From Octopus sinensis (lineage: Eukaryota), in assembly GCF_006345805.1 (NCBI RefSeq), contig NW_021829600.1, positions 465-64,464 of the forward strand: a stretch of DNA of 64,000 nucleotides. Direction: 5' to 3'. The position numbers were made by a program, and so were the translations under genes. Positions 56,880-64,000 of this stretch are shown in pieces. The notes under the pieces were generated by a model, which was not told the DNA's origin, did no database searches, and was given only the letters and a program-made list of their open reading frames with translations. Position 1 is the first letter of the stretch, and the number at the start of each line of letters is the position of its first letter.

Positions 56880-57500
56880 TTCCAACTGTTTTCAAATTTC
56901 GTATATGGATTAAGTTTTGTTTATCTATTATGAAAATGAAAATCATTTCCCCTATAAATTTATAATTAAAAAGTTATTAGTCTTTAAATTTTACAAAATT
57001 TTGTTATTTTAGCCAATCAGAAGCGAGTATTTTACACATCATCTTGAAGTTCTGTAAGAATCAAAGAACTCTGTTTCCATAGTGACCAAAGAGTGTAACC
57101 ACCACGTGTTCCATAATTGTTTGTTTTCATAGCAGTAGGAATTAATTTCTAGAATGGTATAGAGATTTTAGAACAATGACGAGATGGCCACAACTTTAAA
57201 CCTTTCCTGTTTGATGGAAAAAGTAAAGACAGAAGAGGATGCAACATATTTCTTCCAAGAGAAAGGAATAATACCAGAAAGGACATTCCATGGAAAAAAA
57301 AATCGTGGGAATTTGTAGCCTTCTTCCCCTCCACTTCTCGCTACTGTGAGAAATGATGGAAGAGGCAGCGAACGCGCTGTTTATTGATTGGCTGAAATTC
57401 TGAAAATTACCAAACTTTGAACACCTGTAACATTTTCGCAAAATTTTTCTGGATTAAATGAATAACAAATTCGGATTCAGCATCACAAATTACATCTGTA
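56880..57500. mobile_element. DNA-transposon derivative (possibly Merlin-like)
   Basis: 57380-57480 is the reverse complement of 14688-14785; internal inverted agccaatca/tgattggct; short TEEDATYFFQEKGIIP peptide. Superfamily uncertain. Confidence 0.4.
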
Positions 57501-57529
57501 TACTACATTAAAAACATGTTTTAAAGATT

Positions 57530-59145
57530 TTGACACGCAGTGAATTAAACCTCAAAGATCCCCTAACCATCACTAGAGGAGTAAACGGGCACACACTAGA
57601 CAGGCTTAGGAAAGATCTAATTCGCACACTTGGCTCCATGGGACTGAAAATTACTATCGGGACTAATCTCACCACCGCGGACTTCTTAGACGCCACGCTC
57701 GACTTGAGCTCCGGTACATACAGGCCCTACCGCAAGCCAAATGAGAGGCTTACGTTCATCAATATAGTCGCCTGTCACCCACCCATTGTGTTCAAAAACC
57801 TGGTGAAGGGTGTTAGCAAGAGGATCACGAAACTTTCCTCCAGCCAAGAGATTTTTGATGCCACAGCCCCCTAATATAACGAGGCTCTAGCTGCTTGCGG
57901 ATATAGGGACTGCATCTCCTACATGCCGGGCCCCAACATCTGTAGAAGGAAGCGTCGCAGAAATATCGTTTGGTTGCCCCACACCCACTTCTCTCTTAAC
58001 GTAAAAACGTCTGTAGGTAGCATATTCCTTAAGCTAATAGATAAGCATTTCACACGTTCACATAGATACGGATGCATTTTCAACAGGCAGAACCTTAGCT
58101 GTGCCCCCAATATTAAGAGCATTCTAGCTAGCACCCCTAGACTGCAAACGAAGACATGATGCTATTGCAGGGGCCACAACAGATGCCCAGTGAGAGGCAA
58201 CTGCGAAACCAAGGGAGTAGTCTATGAAGCTGAGGTACTGGCCGATCCTAATATCAGCAGCAACTTCTCTAACAGCTGCTACTGTAGCAGAGTAGACAGA
58301 ACCAATAGTAACAGCAGCAGAGACACGAACAGAACCAACAGCAGCACCATCGCCAGCGACAACAACAATAACAACATCAACGGCAGCAGTGTCAGTATCC
58401 CTAACGGATATTGCAGCAGAGCCATCGCCAATGATATCTGTAACAGCAGTGACAGCGCCTCCATCAACATCGATGACCATAGTAACAACAGCACCATTAC
58501 CAACACCAGCAGTAACGGCACTAATACCATCGCCACCTCCAATGACACCAACACCAACAGCACCAGTATCAACAATAGCGGTAGCAGCAACGCCAACACC
58601 CAAGACGGAGATACATCGGTTGTTCCAGTAACACGTTCAAGCAACGCATCTCCAACCACAGATCTTCCTTCAGGATACTGGAAAGGAGATACGTTACGTC
58701 ATTAGCTAGCTATATATGGCAGCTGAAGGACGACGGGATTCCACACACAATATCTTGGGGAATCCTAGAAAATCTAGGCCCTTACATTAACGGGGCCATG
58801 CGTTGTAAATGTGCATAGCGGAACGGGTGAGGATACTAAACGACTCCCTCGACCCGAGGAACATCCTTAACTCCAGAGCGGAGGTCTTCGGACCGTGCTT
58901 GTATTTGAGGAAGTTCCTACTGGCTATTGGAACCCACAAGATAACAGGGTCACTTACAATCAATAGCCAAACGGAGACAATCCCCTTTATTGACATTGAG
59001 TAGCGAGATCCTTTCTTCCTCAATTTTCTAGAGAGGCCGCTCACCAGAGAGGTCATAAGCCAACAGGTTTGGGATCTGAGGATACGCCGTATAGCTATGT
59101 GCTTTATGGACGTGAAACCAAGGGTAATCCCATAAACCGGCCTTA
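57530..59145 (+). mobile_element. Penelope-like element 3' half (RT thumb, Cys linker, GIY-YIG), pseudogenised
   Basis: DFLDATLDLSSGTYRPYRKPN, CHPP, RRRNIVW, CYC..CPVRGNC..GVVY, YIGCSSNTFKQRISNHRSSF, SLASYIWQLK, ILNSRAEV; stops at 57872 and 58157 plus frameshifts. Confidence 0.88.
59066..59138 (+). ncRNA. Type I hammerhead ribozyme candidate in the Penelope 3' region
   Basis: Stem I tgggat/atccca, CTGAGGA (59076), stem II acg-ccgta/tatgg-a-cgt, GAAA (59114), stem III cc/gg, GTA cleavage triplet (59124-59126). Confidence 0.75.
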
Positions 59146-60078
59146 TCTAATCGGTAAGATGCTGAACAAAAAGCTTAGCGGCATTTCTCCCAATTTTACG
59201 TTCTGAGTTCAGATACCACCGAGGTTGACTTAACCATCCATCCTCTCGGTATCGATAAAATAAACGCCAGTAAAAAACTGGAGTCGATATAATCGACTTA
59301 ACGCATCCCCGAAACTCACACATGAGGTTGGGAGGCACACACACATGCATACATACATGCGGTTGGGAAGCAAACATCTTACCACACAGCCACACATATA
59401 AATATCACGTGATCACCTGACCGACCAGACCATCAGATGTTGCTACACATCGCTGGTCACAATGCGTTCGCATTGTTTTAGCCTTCGAATGACGCCACAC
59501 CGCTGGCTAAGCGAGCAGGCCAACAGAAGAGTGAGAGAAAGAGTGGTGAAAGAGTACAGCAGGGATCACCACCCACTGTCGGAGCTTCGTGGAGCTTTTA
59601 GGTGTTTTCGCTCAATAAACACACACAACGCTGCCCTAACCACTGGGCCATTGCGCCTCCACACACATAAACATATGTCATATAAATATATTATCGTTCA
59701 GCATTGTTCAGGAGGGCATGCATACGTATCCTTTGTTTTGAGGTGGGCGTTAGCATTATAGATAGGAGTATATAATAACTATATACGCAGTTGTGCTATA
59801 CGATGGTATGTGATGTATACATGTATATGCGCACAGACACACAACTATTAATATACATGCAAGCACACAAACACAGATGCATATATGCATACGCATGTAG
59901 ATTGGCGCATAGACATAACATACAAGCATACGTCATAATAGGCATTTTTCTAACAAGATGACAAATTTCATTATTTTTTATCGGCAGACGTTACAGAGTG
60001 GCTAAAAGATTAATAGTTTGATGTATAGTTCTTATTAACCATATGTGCATGTCTATGCGAATGTGTGTGTATATATAT

Positions 60079-60137
<59 letters not shown>

Positions 60138-61504
60138 ACATGTATATATATATATATATACTTTTTTACTTGTTTCAGTCATTTGAATGTGGCCATACTG
60201 GAGCACCGCCTTTTAGTCGAGCGAATCGACCCCAGGACTTATTCTCTGTAAGCCTAGTACTTATTCTATCGGTCTCTTTTGGTGTGTTTACGTGGGCGTA
60301 AACACACCAAAAGAGACCGTGGGCGTAAACACACCAGCATCGGTGGTCAAGCAACACAGACATACAAACATACACACACACACACACACACACATATATG
60401 TAAATATATACGATGGACTTCTTTCAGTTTCCGTCTACCAAATCCACTCACAAGGCTTTGGTCGGTCCGAGGCTATAGTAGAAGACACTTGCCCAGGGTA
60501 CCACACAGTGGGAATGAACACGGAACCATAAGGTTGGTAAGCAAGCTACTTACCACACAGCCACTCCTGCGCCCATAACATATATATAATAACATATATA
60601 ATAAATGATATATAATAATATACATAATAAATAATATATATATATAATTAGAAATATTGCCTTTCAAAATCTCTCAGAGAGTTATGCAGTAGCAGCACGA
60701 TAAAGTGATGGTATGTTGTCAACTTAATGTGGCAGTCCCAGGAAAAGGAAGAATGCTACTGCTATTTAGCCCCAAGAAACACCGTTTCCTGTTGGCTATA
60801 TGACTCAGTACTGCTCACAGAGACAAAATTTAAAAAATAAAAATATTTTATTAAATAAAAAGCCATACTACAAAAAATTAAGCAAAAATATTTCATCTTT
60901 TTATATAAAATAATTTAGACTAATGAAAATGAATATTAGAACTCTTTGCATCGATTTTTGTTGTCTTTTATCTTTTGTTGTGTGTGCGCCTTAGAAATAG
61001 TTTAGTTCTTATATGAGTAGTGTCCCTTTAATATCACGCAAAAATTGATAAAAATTTGAGAATTAAAATTAAATATCTTTTTTTCAAATGAATAAAATTT
61101 TACAAAACCGTTACATATATATTCGTTTAACATTTCTCTTTCATATTAATATTGATATAATAATTCTGAATCAAAATTGAAAGAATGGTGTGGATTCAAA
61201 GTGTCGATGTCGGGCTTTAATACTCGTCAGTCAACCAGTTTGGCCTATGAATTTTTCCGCTTAACTTTTTTTCTACTGCACCAGATTTTAAGTATTTTAT
61301 ATCTAAATGTAGCTTATCACTAGTCAAATATAGTTCAAAAAACAAAATTTGATTTCGATATTTCGATTAAAACTGAATTTGTAAGACTGCTTGGAAGACG
61401 CCGACTGCGACAAAAATGTAACGTTAAGAATATTATTCAACTTCTACCGGGGTTGAATGATATATATACACACATATATATATACATATATTTATTTATT
61501 TATC

Positions 61505-61724
61505 TAAAGGGCTAAAAAAAACCACTATGTGGTCAGCCATATGCTAGAAGTAGATCACCTGCGATCAAACTACAAAGAAAAGAACGTTCTCTAGAGAAAA
61601 ATTCAGCGGACACCAGAACATTCTTTTCTTTGTAGTTTGAGAACATTCTTTTCTTTGTAGTTTGATCGCAGGTGATCTACTTCTAGCATATGACTGACCA
61701 CGTTGTGGTTTTTTTAGCCCTTTA
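61505..61724. repeat. Inverted repeat, ~86-bp arms with a ~47-bp spacer
   Basis: 61505-61591 pairs with 61639-61724; spacer contains a 25-bp direct duplication of the start of the right arm. Confidence 0.93.
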
Positions 61725-61845
61725 TATATATACACATGTATTAGAATTTTCTCTGATTCTTCAGACTTTTGTATGCTAGGCTACTGGTTTTAAATTGATA
61801 TTAATTAAATTAATATTCAATTTATCTCCCTCATTATTTAAATGT

Positions 61846-61878
<33 letters not shown>

Positions 61879-62338
61879 CGCGTACACTCACTCAATCGAT
61901 ACGCACACATCCACACACGCATACATTCCCAACCGCAGCACAACCTCGCGCATTGAAGCAATATGTAGTCACCAAATAATATGCCAACTAATCATACACC
62001 CGCAAACAAATTTACATCTATATTCCAACACCATCAACACCAGCATCCTAAATACACACCCACATGTAGACGTCAAACACATAACCAAACATAGACACGC
62101 AAACACACGCGCGCGCACACAAGCACAAACGCAGATACACATAGGCACATACACATATTATGACGCATCAGCATGTAACAATTTGGGCGGCATAACTTTT
62201 ACCCTTAGATTTCCATTATTACCTCTCCTAGTAACCCTTCCTATTCTGTGAAGGCGTGGGGCCGTGTGGATATGGTGTTTTGCACTCACGATCACAAAAT
62301 TGCAGTTTCGATTCCCAGACCGAGAATCGAAACTACAT

Positions 62339-62375
<37 letters not shown>

Positions 62376-62385
62376 TTATATATAA

Positions 62386-62430
<45 letters not shown>

Positions 62431-62445
62431 TATATATAATATATA

Positions 62446-63100
62446 ATTCTATTATACCAGTGTATAATCAGTACTCGTAATAAAGTACGATTTTAGTTTG
62501 AAAGCACATCGTTAGAATTATCTAAAAGAATTTCTATCCATTACTCAACATTTAGAGATAGGAATAAATGTAACAGTACAGGGCTCAGTAAATTAATTTG
62601 TGATCTAAAAGACCACAATGAACAATTTAATTTAGAATGGTTGATTCTCTCAATCTCGATACCTTATGACAAAGGCAAGGAATTCTGTCTTCTCTGTAAT
62701 TCTGAACTATTTTTCATTATTTTTTCTAAAAATCCCCTAGTAACACAGTTATAGAGCGAGCATACAGATGTACACATTGGCAAAAACACACCTTTAGTGC
62801 ATATAAGCAATCTCTATCATTATATATAATTTAAACATTAATTTCATTTATATTTAACATTCACTATTAATATACCTGCTCTTTCTGTAAGCTACTTTTT
62901 AAACAATATTAATAGCGTTCAATTAATCGCTATACAAATCCATCATTTTTTGCTAAAATGTCTTATTGACGAGTTTTGTTTTTTCACTTTCCTGAACAGA
63001 AGATTGCATTGTTTATACCATTTATTCTTTTGAATAGTATCAGTGGAATTTTCGAAACGTGTGTCGAAAGTAAAAATATATGATTTATACCTGCGTTAAA
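62446..63100 (+). mobile_element. Penelope-like GIY-YIG C-terminal fragment and 3' region
   Basis: LYQCIIS...*FEST...KRISIHYSTF...STGLSKLICDLK...LEWLIL...PY...CLLCNSE, then a frameshift and RCTH; not in the ORF track. Confidence 0.78.
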
Positions 63101-63329
63101 CTCCATTTATTTATTCGTATATTATACAAAAATTCCACGTAAATACGAAATTTCTATCTTTATAAACAAGGAGCTACAACCTCTTTACTTGTGAGATTTT
63201 TTGCTACCCTTAAATCATTAAAAATATTTTAGCATGAAGGCCGCGGCCATGCTGGGGCACCACCCTGGTAACTATTTATTTATTTTCCCGTGTTAATGTT
63301 AACAAGGTAAAAATACACTCATCTATTTA

Positions 63330-63376
<47 letters not shown>

Positions 63377-63378
<2 letters not shown>

Positions 63379-64000
63379 CAATTAAGGACAACCACTTAAT
63401 AAGGAAAACTTAACAAGAAATTGTCAGGTAGATAGCGTGAAAACCTCATAAGAGAAAAATTTCGAAAATAATTATTCTTATTGAACATATTAATTTATAT
63501 ATAGAGGGCATTATACATACATGCAGATGGATTATACATACATGCCGATGGCATTATACATACATGCCACACGCTAAGAGGGACAATTAGTCATTTCTAC
63601 CAAAAATATTACTAATCCCACCGAATGCAATTTTTCAAAGTAAGACATTTAAAAAATATAGACTGTATCACAGTGATTTCATACTTACGTATTCATCAGC
63701 AGGCCTGGATGTATCATACATAAACGACCTGCCTCGCTTAAGCCGATCAGCTAACTGATCAACATCAACGAAGCACATGGGTGAGTTTACATATATTACA
63801 TCCTGTAAATGTCAGACTTTTTTACGAATGCATTTCGGGAAAGAAAAGTTTTTTCGGAATAAAAATTTAGCAAATAAGGACAACACTTAATAAGGAAAAC
63901 TTAACAAGAAATTGTCATGTAGATAGCGTGAACCTCATAAGAGAAAAATTTCGAAAATAATTATTTCTTATTGAACATATTAATTTATATATAGAGGGCA
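63377..64000 (-). repeat. ~490-bp direct-repeat unit containing a hammerhead (Penelope pLTR or retrozyme-like); second unit runs off the window
   Basis: 63377-63510 repeats at 63869-64000; internal 20-bp trimer attatacatacatgc. Confidence 0.8.
63663..63702 (-). ncRNA. Minimal type I hammerhead ribozyme candidate
   Basis: Minus strand ctg-CTGATGA-atac gtaa gtat-GAAA-tcac t gtga-TA-cag; all core nucleotides intact. Confidence 0.8.

Noticed and set aside
58157-58159. In-frame TGA as selenocysteine in a Penelope protein
   Set aside because: It lies before, not at, the CxC cysteines; the copy also has a TAA stop and frameshifts; no SECIS recognised; CGA>TGA decay is simpler

Overview
Eukaryotic, AT-rich, gene-free window made almost entirely of transposable elements and microsatellites. 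The SINE families and very dense (TA)n/(TG)n/(TAA)n/(GATA)n/(CATA)n tracts suggest an octopus-like cephalopod genome (inference). No host protein-coding exon, rRNA, true tRNA or CRISPR array can be supported, and most ORFs in the track are microsatellite or SINE read-throughs. Recognisable elements are: two near-identical mariner (D,D34D) copies, one with a tandemly amplified end; a full-length degenerate RTE LINE; CR1-like, L1/Tx1-like, R4/Dong-like, R2-A-like and Penelope-like fragments; a hATm-like fragment; and at least three tRNA-derived SINE families. The most interesting signal is a set of self-cleaving-ribozyme-like folds on retroelements. (i) A 336-bp non-coding retroposon (48386-48721, minus) starts exactly at the predicted cleavage site of an HDV-like ribozyme, ends in a CAAGTA tail, has a clean TSD, and shares its ribozyme core with the 5' end of the RTE LINE. 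(ii) Two hammerheads have intact cores (59066-59138 and 63663-63702), the second inside a ~490-bp direct-repeat unit. Other oddities are an R2-A-like element outside rDNA with a repeated hairpin motif, a ~120-codon N/S/T-rich insert splitting a GIY-YIG motif, and two related long fold-back palindromes. All RNA folds were made by eye and are untested.
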